From contig NZ_LR131273.1 of the NCBI RefSeq assembly GCF_900631615.1, positions 2,302,850-2,326,849 on the forward strand: DNA of 24,000 nt. The letters are read 5' to 3'. This document shows, piece after piece, positions 15,637 through 24,000 of this stretch. The notes under the pieces are model-generated. The model was not told the DNA's origin. It saw only the letters and a program-made list of their open reading frames with translations, and did no database searches. The first letter of the stretch is position 1, and each line of letters opens with the position of its first letter. Position numbers and translations under genes: made by a program. This DNA is from Tsukamurella paurometabola. Lineage in GTDB: Bacteria; Actinomycetota; Actinomycetes; Mycobacteriales; Mycobacteriaceae.

Positions 15637-16660
15637 GTGCTCGCTCGAGCTGATCGACACCCAGTCGGGTGGCGACGTCAGCCGGATCGTCGTCGCGGGC
15701 ATCGGCCCGATCCCGGGAACGACGGTGCGCGCGAAGGCCCGCTACCTGCAGGATGAGGGCGACGGGCTGCGTCGGCTGCTGCTCTCGGAGCCCTACGGCG
15801 ACCCGGCGATGTCGGTGGACCTCATCGTGGAGCCGAGCCGCCCCGAGGCGCAGGCCGGGTACATCATCATGGAGGCCATGGGCTACCCGATGTACTCGGG
15901 CTCCAACACGATCTGCACGGCGACCGCGCTGCTGCAGAGCGGCGCGATTCCGGCGCGCGAGGGGGCGCAGAACGTGGTCCTGGAGTCGCCGGCCGGGCTG
16001 GCGCGGATCGAGGCCGTGGTCCACGACGGCCGCGTGGAGTCGATCACGACGCAGGGCGAGCCCGCGTACGTCGCCCGGGAGGGGCTCTCCGTCGAGGTCC
16101 CGTACTACGGCACCGTCGGGTTCGACCTGGTGTGGAGCGGCGCGTACTACGCGATGATCGATGCCGGCGCCCACGACTTCACGCTCGCGTCCGAGGAGCA
16201 GATCGCGCTGACCGCGTTCGGCGACGCCTTCGTTCGGGCGGCGCGTCCGGACCTGCTGCAGGAACATCCCGACCTGGGCGACGTGGGCCCGTTGTCGTTC
16301 GCCCACTTCACCGGTGGCGTCCGCACGATCGGCGACGGGCGGTTCGAGTCGCGTTCGGCGACGTACGTCCACCCCGGAGTGCTGTGCCGCAGCCCGACGG
16401 GCACGGGCACATCCGCGCGCCTCGCGCTGATGCACCGGCGCGGCGAGATCACCGAGGGGCAGTCGCTGGAGACGATCTCCCCGCGCGGCAATCGGTTCGT
16501 CGGCACGGTCCGGTCGTCGGGGAGGGTGGGCGACTACCCGGCGTTGCACTCCGCCATCACGGGTCGAGCGCGCCTGATCGCGCACTCTCGGCTGGTGGTG
16601 GACCTGGAGGATCCGCTCGTCGACGCATCCGACTTGGAGAACCTGCTCACAGTCGACTGA
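15623..16660 (+). CDS. Proline racemase / hydroxyproline epimerase / dehydratase superfamily protein, divergent Ser/Thr variant, 345 aa
   Basis: Superfamily blocks are recognisable: GYPMYSGSNTIC aligns with GYLGMCGHGTIG, and CRSPTGTGTSARLA aligns with DRSPCGTGTSAKLA. Both catalytic Cys positions are replaced (Ser and Thr). The ATG at 15623 overlaps the upstream gene by 14 nt. Confidence 0.8.
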   Translation: MLRRECSLELIDTQSGGDVSRIVVAGIGPIPGTTVRAKARYLQDEGDGLRRLLLSEPYGDPAMSVDLIVEPSRPEAQAGYIIMEAMGYPMYSGSNTICTATALLQSGAIPAREGAQNVVLESPAGLARIEAVVHDGRVESITTQGEPAYVAREGLSVEVPYYGTVGFDLVWSGAYYAMIDAGAHDFTLASEEQIALTAFGDAFVRAARPDLLQEHPDLGDVGPLSFAHFTGGVRTIGDGRFESRSATYVHPGVLCRSPTGTGTSARLALMHRRGEITEGQSLETISPRGNRFVGTVRSSGRVGDYPALHSAITGRARLIAHSRLVVDLEDPLVDASDLENLLTVD

Positions 16661-16674
16661 AGGGGCTGGCGCTG

Positions 16675-16710
16675 AACTGACTATGGAGTAAGGTTACTTC
16701 AAAGTCAGTT
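16675..16710. promoter_or_regulatory. AT-rich 36-bp nested inverted repeat between the racemase-family gene and the reductase gene (candidate operator or terminator)
   Basis: AACTGACT-atgga-GTAA-gg-TTAC-ttcaa-AGTCAGTT has perfect 8-bp outer arms and 4-bp inner arms. It lies 15 nt after the stop at 16660 and 30 nt before the ATG at 16740. It is about 39% GC in a roughly 70% GC context. Confidence 0.35.
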
Positions 16711-16739
16711 GCTGAGAGCCTCCCCGAGGAGTCGCACCC

Positions 16740-18617
16740 ATGAGTACCTACCTGATCACCGGCGCCACCGGTTTCCTGGGCCGCCGGATCGTCCCCCTGC
16801 TGCTGGAGCGCGACCCCGAGGCGGTGGTCCACCTCCTCGTGCGGCCCTCGTCCGCGGCGAAGCTCGGAGAGTGGCGCGCCCGGTACGGCGACGATCGCGT
16901 CGTGCCGTTGCTCGGCGATCTCGCCGCGCCCGGACTGGGCATCGCCGCCGCCCCGGAGGGGATCGACGCGGTCCTGCACCTCGGCGCGGTGTACGACCTG
17001 TCCGCCGGCGACGCGGCGAACGACCGCGTCAACGTCGAGGGCACCCGAGCCGTCATCGAGGTGGCGCGGGCCGCGGGCGCGGAGCTGCACCACGTGTCCT
17101 CTGTCGCCGTCGCCGGTGACTACCGGGGGAGCTTCGGCGAGAACGATTTCGACCTCGGTCAGGGCTTCCCCTCGCCGTACCACCGCACCAAGTTCGAGTC
17201 GGAGAAGCTGGTCCGTGAGGCCGAGGGGTTGCGCTGGCGCGTGTACCGCCCGGCCATCGTGGTCGGCGACTCGCGCACCGGCGAGATGGACAAGGTCGAC
17301 GGGCCGTACTACTTCTTCCCCGCCTTCGACGCGCTCCGGCGCGTGCCGTCGATGGTCCCGATGGTGATGCCGGACACCGGCGACACCAACGTGGTGCCGG
17401 TCGACTACGTCGCCGAGGCGCTGGTCGAGCTCATGCTCCGTCCCAATGGAACGGGTCGGACGTACCACCTGGTGAACCCCGAACCGCAGAGCGTCCTGGA
17501 CCTGTACCGCGCGATCGCCCGGCCCGCCGGCGCGCCCCGCGCGGTGGGCCGGGTGCCCCGTCGCGTGGTGGACCCCGCGCTCCGCGTCAGCGGGGCGGGC
17601 AAGGTCGGCGTCGTGCGCGACACTTTCCTCAAGCAGGCCGGTATTCCGCCGAAGGCCTTCGAGAACCTCGGCTTCACCGCCACCTACACCTCGGAGATCA
17701 CGCGCCGGGCGCTCGCGGGCACCGGGATCGAGGTGCCGCCCCTCAAGGAGTACGGGCCGCTGCTGTTCGGCTACTGGCGTGAGCAACTCGACCCGGCCCG
17801 CCTGCGGCGGCGCGACCCGATCGCCGGCCGCCACGTGGTCATCACCGGAGCGTCGTCGGGCATCGGGCGCCAGACGGCGATCGCCCTCGGCGAGCAGGGC
17901 GCACGCGTGATCCTGTTGGCGCGCAATGCCGCCGAGCTGGAGGCGACGGCGGAGCAGGTGCGCTCGAGCGGCGGCGAGGCGTCGACCTACGTCTGCGACG
18001 TGACCGACGGGGACGCCGTGGACGAAACGGTGGCGGCGATCCTCGCCGACCACGGCCACGTCGACTACCTCATCAACAACGCCGGCCGGTCCATCCGGCG
18101 CTCGGTGAAGGCCTCCACCGGCCGGATGCACGACTTCGAGCGCACCATGGACGTCAACTACTTCGGCGCCGTCCGCATGGTCCTCGCGCTGCTGCCGCAC
18201 ATGCGGGAGCGGGGCTTCGGTCATGTCGTGAACATCTCGAGCATCGGCGTCCTCGCTCGCGGGCCGCGGTTCGCGGCGTACGTCGCCAGCAAGGCCGCGC
18301 TGGACGCGTTCACCGACATCGCCGCGACCGAGCTGCTCTCGGACCATGTGACGTTCACCAACATCCACATGCCGCTCGTCCGGACCGAGATGATCGCCCC
18401 GACCGAGGCCTACGACGACGCGCACGTGATCAGCCCGGAGAAGGCGGCGCGGATGATCATCAAGGCGATGCGCGACCGGCCGACCCGGGTGAACACCCCG
18501 CTGGGTGTGGTCGGCGCGTTCGGCCGGAGCTTCACGCCCCGGATCACCCGGCGCATGCTGCACCAGGACTACCTGACCACGCGCGACTCGGCCGCCGCGA
18601 AGGGCGTCACCGGCTGA
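16740..18617 (+). CDS. Two-domain reductase: N-terminal NAD-binding thioester/fatty-acyl-CoA-reductase-type domain fused to a classical SDR domain (AcrA1-like), 625 aa
   Basis: N-terminal domain: ITGATGFLGRR Rossmann motif and SPYHRTKFESE (YxxxK). C-terminal domain: ITGASSGIGRQ, NNAG and YVASKAAL. The architecture and length match mycobacterial AcrA1 (Rv3391)-type fatty acyl-CoA reductases from memory. Confidence 0.75.
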   Translation: MSTYLITGATGFLGRRIVPLLLERDPEAVVHLLVRPSSAAKLGEWRARYGDDRVVPLLGDLAAPGLGIAAAPEGIDAVLHLGAVYDLSAGDAANDRVNVEGTRAVIEVARAAGAELHHVSSVAVAGDYRGSFGENDFDLGQGFPSPYHRTKFESEKLVREAEGLRWRVYRPAIVVGDSRTGEMDKVDGPYYFFPAFDALRRVPSMVPMVMPDTGDTNVVPVDYVAEALVELMLRPNGTGRTYHLVNPEPQSVLDLYRAIARPAGAPRAVGRVPRRVVDPALRVSGAGKVGVVRDTFLKQAGIPPKAFENLGFTATYTSEITRRALAGTGIEVPPLKEYGPLLFGYWREQLDPARLRRRDPIAGRHVVITGASSGIGRQTAIALGEQGARVILLARNAAELEATAEQVRSSGGEASTYVCDVTDGDAVDETVAAILADHGHVDYLINNAGRSIRRSVKASTGRMHDFERTMDVNYFGAVRMVLALLPHMRERGFGHVVNISSIGVLARGPRFAAYVASKAALDAFTDIAATELLSDHVTFTNIHMPLVRTEMIAPTEAYDDAHVISPEKAARMIIKAMRDRPTRVNTPLGVVGAFGRSFTPRITRRMLHQDYLTTRDSAAAKGVTG

Positions 18618-18674
18618 CGGCGGTCGGGGTTTCCGCTCACCGCGACCGCAACGCTCGCCCGGGCGCGGTCCGGG

Positions 18675-19643
18675 GTGTTGACTGGGCCGGTGGGATGGGT
18701 GGCCGTGGGCAGGCGTGTGGGTGTTGCGGCGCTCACCTTGTTCCTGGCGTCGGTCGTGATCTTCGCGGTGCTCCACGCGGTTCCCGGCGACCCCGCGGTC
18801 GCGCTGGCGGGCGCCGACGCCTCGCCCGCCACGCTCGCCGCCCTCCGCCACGAGCTGGGCATCGACCAGCCGCTGGTCACGCAGTACCTGCACTGGCTCG
18901 GGGGCGCGCTCTCCGGTGACCTCGGGCGTTCCTCTGTGATCGGCGGCCGGATCGACGGGCTCGTGGCCGATGGGCTGCGCAACACCGCGGCTCTCGGCGG
19001 GACGGCGCTCGTGCTCGCGGTGCTCGTCGCCGGGGTGCTCTCGTTCGCGGCCGTCGGGGCGCGTCACCAGTGGGTGCGCGCCGTGATCGGCGGATTCGAG
19101 GTGATCGGTATCGCCGTGCCGCCCTTCGTGACCGGCGTCCTCCTCGTCGAGTTCTTCGCGGTGGTGTGGCCCGTGCTCCCGGCGGGAGGAACGCCGCCGC
19201 ACGGCTACGCCGCCGATCCGGGGATCACGCTGCAGTACCTGATCCTGCCCGCGGTGTGCCTCGCCGTCCCGGTGGCGTCGACGCTCACCCGGTTCTTCTC
19301 GGAGGCGCTCCGCACCGAATGGGCACGGCCGTACGTCCTCACGGCCCGGGCTGCGGGCGTTCCGGCGGGCCGGATCCTGGTGCGCGGCGCCGCCCGGAAC
19401 GCCCTACCGTCCGTCATCACCGTCCTCGGTATCCAGGCCGGCCAGTTGCTCGGGTCGGCCGTCCTGGTCGAGGCGATCTTCGCGTGGCCGGGCCTGGGGC
19501 AACTACTCGGGCAGGGCATCGCGGCACGGGATTACCCGGTCGTGCAGGCAGTACTGCTCCTGGCCGTCACCGTGTTCATCCTCATCGCGCTGCTCACCGA
19601 TGCCGCGTACCGTGTGCTCGACCCGACGAGGAGGACGGCGTGA
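18675..19643 (+). CDS. ABC transporter permease, DppB/OppB (peptide/nickel) type
   Basis: The N-terminal LFLASVVIFAVLHAVPGDP and the EAA-loop region ARPYVLTARAAGVPAGRILVRGAARNALPS are typical of this family. The GTG/TTG start region is at 18675-18680. Confidence 0.85.
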   Translation: MLTGPVGWVAVGRRVGVAALTLFLASVVIFAVLHAVPGDPAVALAGADASPATLAALRHELGIDQPLVTQYLHWLGGALSGDLGRSSVIGGRIDGLVADGLRNTAALGGTALVLAVLVAGVLSFAAVGARHQWVRAVIGGFEVIGIAVPPFVTGVLLVEFFAVVWPVLPAGGTPPHGYAADPGITLQYLILPAVCLAVPVASTLTRFFSEALRTEWARPYVLTARAAGVPAGRILVRGAARNALPSVITVLGIQAGQLLGSAVLVEAIFAWPGLGQLLGQGIAARDYPVVQAVLLLAVTVFILIALLTDAAYRVLDPTRRTA

Positions 19644-20431
19644 GGGCCTCGCGGACGCTGCTCGTCGGGGCCGCGCTGCTGTCACTCCTCATCGTGCTCG
19701 GGTTCGCAGCGCCACTGGTGGCCTCCGAGGACCCGCTCCGGCAGATCCCCGGCGCGAACCTGCTGCCGCCCGGCCCCGGCCACCCACTGGGCACCGACGA
19801 CCTGAACCGCGATGTGCTGAGCCGGGTGCTCTACGGCATCCGGACCAGCCTGATCGTGGTCCTCAGCGCGGTCCCGATCGCGGCCGTGACGGGCGTCGTG
19901 CTGGGCCTGGCGAGCACCGTGAACCGAGCCGCCGACACGATCCTCGCGCGGGTCTCCGACGTGGTCCTCGCTTTCCCCGCGCTGATCCTCGCGATCCTGC
20001 TCACGGCGCTGCGCGGTCCGGGAACGGTCACCGTCGTCCTGGCGATCGCGGTGGCCGAGGCGCCGGTCTTCCTCCGGCTCACCCGCGCGGAGGTCCTGCG
20101 CCTGCGGGGCACGGCCTACGCCGAGGCGGCGCGCATCGCCGGTGCGTCGCGCGGCACCGTCCTCACCAAGCACGTGCTGCCCAACGCGCTGGAACCGCTC
20201 GCTGTTCAGGTGGCCCTCGCCCTCTCCCTCGGCGTCTTCGTCGAGTCCGGGCTGAGCTTCGTGGGGGTCGGCGTCCGACCGCCCACGCCGTCCCTGGGGT
20301 CGGTGCTGGCGGGCGCGGTGAACAACTGGGATGCCAACGCGGCCTACGCCTGGGGGCCGCTCCTCGCGATCGTCGCCCTCTCGCTCGCGCTGCTGCTCGT
20401 CGCCCGCGGCTTCGCGGGGGCCCGTCGATGA
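19640..20431 (+). CDS. ABC transporter permease, DppC/OppC type, 263 aa
   Basis: HPLGTDDLNRDVLSRVLYG and YAEAARIAGASRGTVLTKHVLPNA are family blocks. The GTG at 19640 overlaps the upstream stop (GTGA). The upstream part of the track ORF is out-of-context read-through. Confidence 0.85.
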   Translation: MRASRTLLVGAALLSLLIVLGFAAPLVASEDPLRQIPGANLLPPGPGHPLGTDDLNRDVLSRVLYGIRTSLIVVLSAVPIAAVTGVVLGLASTVNRAADTILARVSDVVLAFPALILAILLTALRGPGTVTVVLAIAVAEAPVFLRLTRAEVLRLRGTAYAEAARIAGASRGTVLTKHVLPNALEPLAVQVALALSLGVFVESGLSFVGVGVRPPTPSLGSVLAGAVNNWDANAAYAWGPLLAIVALSLALLLVARGFAGARR

Positions 20432-21981
20432 CCGCGCCCCTGACCGTCAGTGGTCTCACCGTCACCGGTCCCGACGGGCGGGTGCTCGTCGACCGCCTCG
20501 ACCTGACCGTTCCTGCGGGCTCGGTCACGGCGCTCGTCGGCGAATCCGGATCGGGCAAGACGCTGACCGGGCTCGCCGTCCTCGGGCTCCTGCCGCCGGG
20601 GCTGACGGCCGCCGGCAGCGTCGATCTCGGTGGCGCGCAGGTGATCGGGCGGACCGAGCGGGAGTTGCGGGAGCTGCGGGGCACCCGCGCGGCCCTCGTC
20701 TTCCAGGAACCGCAATCCGCGCTCAACCCGTCGCAGCGCGTCTGGCGACAGATCCTCCAGGTGCTCCGCGCGCATCGCCGCGTCGGGCGCGCGGAGGGCC
20801 GCCGCCGGGCCGTCGAACTGCTCACCGACGTCGGTATCCCCGAGCCGGACGTCCGTGCCGACTGGTACCCGCACCAGCTCTCCGGCGGGCAGAAGCAGCG
20901 CGTCGTCATCGCGCTGGCGCTCGCCGCCGAGCCCGCGCTGCTGATCGCCGACGAGCCCACGACGGCACTCGATGTGACGGTCCAGGCGCAGATCCTCACG
21001 CTCCTGCGCGACCTGCGGGACCGCAAGGGCCTCGCGGTCCTGCTCATCTCGCACAATCTCGGTGTCGTCGCCGATCTCGCCGACACGGTCACCGTCGTGC
21101 GCCGGGGCGAGGTCGTCGAGGCGGCGCCGGTCGATGACCTCTTCGCCCGTCCGCGCGCCGCGTACACCCGCGAGTTGCTGGCGGCGGTCCCGCGCCTGCC
21201 CGCCGCGGCCGGTCCCACGCCGGACGTTCCGCCGCCCGAGCCCGTCGCCCGCGTCGAGGGACTGCGAGTCCGGTTCGACGGTGCCGTCGCCCTCGACGGC
21301 GTGGACCTCACGGTGGGGAGCGGCGAGGTGGTCGGACTCGTCGGCGAATCGGGGTCGGGGAAGACCACGCTGGGCCGGGTGCTCCTCGGGCTCCAGCAGG
21401 CCGAAGCGGGGGTCGTCGACGTGCGCGCGTCGCGGCTCGCGGTGATCCATCAGGACCCGTACGCCTCGCTCGACCCGCGGTGGGATGTGGGGCGGATCGT
21501 GGTGGAGCCGTTGCACATCGCGGGCGAGCGGGATCGCCGGATCCTCCGGGAGCGGGCCGCCGACCTGATCGACGCGGTGCGCCTCCCGTCCGCCGTGCTG
21601 CGTCGCCGGCCCGCCGAACTCAGTGGCGGGCAGCGACAGCGGGTTGCGTTCGCGCGGGCGTTGGCGTCGTCGCCGGAGTTCCTCGTCGCGGACGAGCCCA
21701 CGAGTGCCCTCGACGTCTCCGTACAGGCGGGCGTGCTGGACCTGTTCCGGGAGTTGCGCTCCGAGTTCGGGTTCGCCGCCGTGTTCATCACGCACGACCT
21801 CGCGGTGATGGGTGAGGTCGCGGATCGCGCCGTGGTCCTGCGGCGCGGCCGGGTCGTCGAGGAGGGGCCGGCGAGATCCGTGCTCGCCTCGCCCCGGTCC
21901 GACTACGCGCGAGACCTGGTCGCAGCCGTGCCGGTGCCTGACCCGCCGACGCAGCGGGACCGTCGGAGGGAGCGTCCATGA
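20428..21981 (+). CDS. Fused double ABC ATPase (DppD/DppF-like), 517 aa
   Basis: It has two Walker A motifs (GESGSGKT twice), two signature motifs (LSGGQKQR and LSGGQRQR) and two Walker B motifs (LLIADEPT and FLVADEPT). The ATG at 20428 overlaps the upstream stop (ATGA). Confidence 0.9.
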   Translation: MTAPLTVSGLTVTGPDGRVLVDRLDLTVPAGSVTALVGESGSGKTLTGLAVLGLLPPGLTAAGSVDLGGAQVIGRTERELRELRGTRAALVFQEPQSALNPSQRVWRQILQVLRAHRRVGRAEGRRRAVELLTDVGIPEPDVRADWYPHQLSGGQKQRVVIALALAAEPALLIADEPTTALDVTVQAQILTLLRDLRDRKGLAVLLISHNLGVVADLADTVTVVRRGEVVEAAPVDDLFARPRAAYTRELLAAVPRLPAAAGPTPDVPPPEPVARVEGLRVRFDGAVALDGVDLTVGSGEVVGLVGESGSGKTTLGRVLLGLQQAEAGVVDVRASRLAVIHQDPYASLDPRWDVGRIVVEPLHIAGERDRRILRERAADLIDAVRLPSAVLRRRPAELSGGQRQRVAFARALASSPEFLVADEPTSALDVSVQAGVLDLFRELRSEFGFAAVFITHDLAVMGEVADRAVVLRRGRVVEEGPARSVLASPRSDYARDLVAAVPVPDPPTQRDRRRERP

Positions 21982-23516
21982 GCGGTGTGTCGAGGCGTTC
22001 GGTCCTGCTCGGCGCGATCGGCATCGGGGCGGGTGCGCTCACGGGCTGCACCTCGGCCGTGCAGCAGGCGCGGGAGGCGAACGCTTCGCCCGGCCGGGAC
22101 GGAGGCACGCTGGTGCTGGGCTCCCTCACAGACATCGACCCGAAGTCGATCCACAGCCAATCCGTCACCACAATGGCGATCGGGCTGCTGGTGTGGGACA
22201 CGCTGATCCGGTACGACCGCCGCACCCGCACGCCCATGCCCGCGGTGGCGCGCTCCTGGGATACGGCCCCCGACGGACTGAGCCTGACGCTGCACCTGCG
22301 CGACGACGTTCGGTTCCACACCGGCCGAGTCCTCACGTCCGAAGACGTGGCGTACGCGATCTCCGTGTACGCCTCCGACGCCGCTGGCTCGCAGCTGCAG
22401 GCGGCGGCCAAGGCGGTGATCGCCGTCGACACCCCCGACCCGCACACCGCCGTGCTGCGCTTCGCGGCGCCACCACCGAATGTCTTCGACCTGCTCGAAT
22501 TCATGCTCCTCGTGGACTCGGAGTCCGCCGCGGGACTGCGTGCGGGCACCGACTTCGTGGGCACGGGCCCCTTCCGGTTCGAGGGCCGCGAGGTCGCGGC
22601 GACCGCGCGGTTCCGCCGGTTCGACGGCTACTGGCGCGGCCCCGCCCGCCTCGACGGGGTCACCCTGCGGGTGGTCCGCGACCCGGGCGCGCTTCTCACG
22701 TCGGTCCGCGCGGGTCAGTCGGATCTGGTGCTCGACGCCGCGCCCCGCGCCTTGCGCCAATTCCGGGATCGGTCGCTCTACCGCATCACGACCGGAGATG
22801 TCGCCGACGCGGCCTACTACGTCGGTGCCAACGTAGCCGCGCCCGCGTTGGCGGACAAGCGTGTTCGGCAGGCGATCTCGTACGCCGTGGACCGCGAACG
22901 CATCGCGGCGGAGGTGTTCGCCGGCGCGGCCCGGCCGAGCGCGGCCCCATGGGCGCAGAGTTCGCCCGGGTACGACGCCGCGGCCGCCGCGCGGTATTCG
23001 AAGGACCCCGCCCGGGCGCGTGCCCTGCTCGCCGAAGCGGGCGGGCCCCGCCGGCTCACGGTGAGCTATCCGACCGGCCTGGCGGCCGCACCGTCGATCG
23101 CCGCGATCGTGCAGAACGATCTCGCGGAGGTCGGAGTGACGGTCGACCTGGATCCGCGGGAGCAGGCGTCCTTCTCGCCGTTCCTCAAATCCGGGCGGCA
23201 TGAGCTGTGGGTGGGTCCGCACGGCTTCGGCCAGTCCGATCCGCTGACCCTGGCGGCCGGGGCCGCGCCGTTCAAACCGAAGGGCAACCTGTCCGGCCTC
23301 GCGTCCCCCGAGTACACCGCACTGGTCGCACGCCTGGCGGAGGACGGGCAGGGCAGGCCCGCTGTCTTGCGCGAGTACACCGAGTACCTGCTGGATCAGC
23401 AGTTCATCATCGACCTCGTGGTCTCACCGGCCACCTACGTCTCGCCCGCGCGGGTCAAGGGCCTCGACTGGAACCTCTACAAGTACGTGGATCTGCACGG
23501 CGTCACGATCCGCTGA
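21978..23516 (+). CDS. ABC transporter substrate-binding lipoprotein, family 5 (peptide/nickel/opine type), 512 aa
   Basis: A twin-arginine-like SRRSVLLG is followed by the lipobox LTGC. Family-5 blocks include LVLGS..D.DP, W...PDGL.LT..LR.DV.FH.G and FDGYW. The ATG overlaps the ATPase stop (ATGA). Confidence 0.85.
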   Translation: MSGVSRRSVLLGAIGIGAGALTGCTSAVQQAREANASPGRDGGTLVLGSLTDIDPKSIHSQSVTTMAIGLLVWDTLIRYDRRTRTPMPAVARSWDTAPDGLSLTLHLRDDVRFHTGRVLTSEDVAYAISVYASDAAGSQLQAAAKAVIAVDTPDPHTAVLRFAAPPPNVFDLLEFMLLVDSESAAGLRAGTDFVGTGPFRFEGREVAATARFRRFDGYWRGPARLDGVTLRVVRDPGALLTSVRAGQSDLVLDAAPRALRQFRDRSLYRITTGDVADAAYYVGANVAAPALADKRVRQAISYAVDRERIAAEVFAGAARPSAAPWAQSSPGYDAAAAARYSKDPARARALLAEAGGPRRLTVSYPTGLAAAPSIAAIVQNDLAEVGVTVDLDPREQASFSPFLKSGRHELWVGPHGFGQSDPLTLAAGAAPFKPKGNLSGLASPEYTALVARLAEDGQGRPAVLREYTEYLLDQQFIIDLVVSPATYVSPARVKGLDWNLYKYVDLHGVTIR

Positions 23517-23517
23517 C

Positions 23518-24000
23518 TCACAGCCAGCGGTAGCGCACCTCCGGGCGGCCGCGGCCGCCGTACTCGGTGACCCGCTCGCAGAGTCGGTCGTCGGCCAGGC
23601 GCTCGAGGTAACGCCAGGCCGTGACCCGCGACATGCCCGTCCGGGACGCCACCTCCGCGGCGCCGATCGGGCCCTCGGCGTGCCGCAGCGCGCCGGTGAC
23701 GGCCTCCAGGGTCGACGGTGCCAGCCCCTTCGGCGCCGTCGTCTCCGCGGGCGCCTCGCGCAGCGCGGCGAAGGCGGCGTCCACCTCGCGCTGGCCCACG
23801 TCGCCGCCGCCCAGCGCCTCGCGGAAGGAGAGGTAGCGGCGCAGCCGGTCCGCGAAGGCCGCGAACGTGAAGGGTTTGATGAGGTACAGGATCGCGCCGC
23901 TGGCCATCGCGCCGCGGACGGTCTCCATGTCGCGGGCCGAGGTGATCACCATGACGTCGGGCCGCGGCCGCACGCCGGCGAGATCCGCCGCCAGGTCGAG
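23518..24000 (-). CDS. Two-component response regulator, CitB/DcuR family (C-terminal two-thirds; 5' end lies outside the window)
   Basis: The frame is open to the window edge. The end of the receiver domain reads VMVITSARDMETVRGAMASGAILYLIKPF. The C-terminal winged HTH reads AAEVASRTGMSRVTAWRYLERL. The gene is convergent with the binding-protein gene, with 1 bp between the stops. Confidence 0.8.
   Translation of the reverse strand, partial: LDLAADLAGVRPRPDVMVITSARDMETVRGAMASGAILYLIKPFTFAAFADRLRRYLSFREALGGGDVGQREVDAAFAALREAPAETTAPKGLAPSTLEAVTGALRHAEGPIGAAEVASRTGMSRVTAWRYLERLADDRLCERVTEYGGRGRPEVRYRWL

Noticed and set aside
16647-19202. An 851-aa minus-strand ORF, plus similar long ORFs at 306-1883(+), 14353-15702(-), 20163-21368(-), 20344-21795(-), 21903-23222(-), 11675-13135(-), 13275-14270(-) and 3583-4815(-)
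   Set aside because: All are antisense or alternate frames of genes with clear family signatures. Their translations are low-complexity Arg/Gly/Pro/Asp-rich strings with no recognisable motifs, as expected in stop-poor frames of GC-rich DNA.
1-24000. A search for tRNA/rRNA genes and CRISPR arrays
   Set aside because: I saw no T-loop-like GGTTCGAATCC-type sequence outside coding frames, no rRNA-like segments and no regularly spaced direct repeats. The only repetitive DNA is the Gly/Ser/Thr-coding low-complexity stretch inside the porin gene.

Overview
This is a high-GC chromosomal segment: hand counts of single 60-nt lines give mostly 63-78% GC. It probably comes from a mycolic-acid actinobacterium (order Mycobacteriales), because it carries an MspA-type porin, an AcrA1-like two-domain reductase and a DinB-type polymerase. 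Most of the window is ordinary housekeeping or metabolic DNA. Left to right: a DUF2334-like gene end, an ArsB/NhaD/SLC13-type permease, an MBL-fold hydrolase, purS-purQ coupled to an M18 aminopeptidase, and a minus-strand MFS-idnO-idnD (L-idonate/5-ketogluconate-type) operon. After the accessory patch come an APC amino-acid permease, dinB, a Zn-less MDR oxidoreductase coupled to a divergent proline-racemase-family protein, the AcrA1-like reductase, a translationally coupled peptide/nickel-type ABC importer (permease, permease, fused ATPase, Tat-lipoprotein binding protein) and the 3' part of a CitB/DcuR-type response regulator. The unusual part is an accessory patch at about 8.3-11.6 kb. It holds a badly decayed IS481-family transposase relic and an MspA-family porin. 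The porin's predicted stem tip is Gly/Ser/Thr-rich, and its signal-peptide coding region has no in-frame start codon. Directly abutting it is a 1.6-kb low-GC cassette (hand-counted lines 42-57% GC) of three co-directional ORFs: a roughly 73-aa glycine-zipper protein with a lysine-rich tail, a 272-aa four-TM protein with a soluble C-terminal domain, and a roughly 87-aa two-TM protein. I read this cassette as a candidate membrane-targeting toxin/bacteriocin plus immunity module, possibly an orphan toxin C-terminal module. I cannot assign it to a described family from sequence alone. Many long ORFs in the six-frame track are antisense or read-through artefacts of high GC and were not called.
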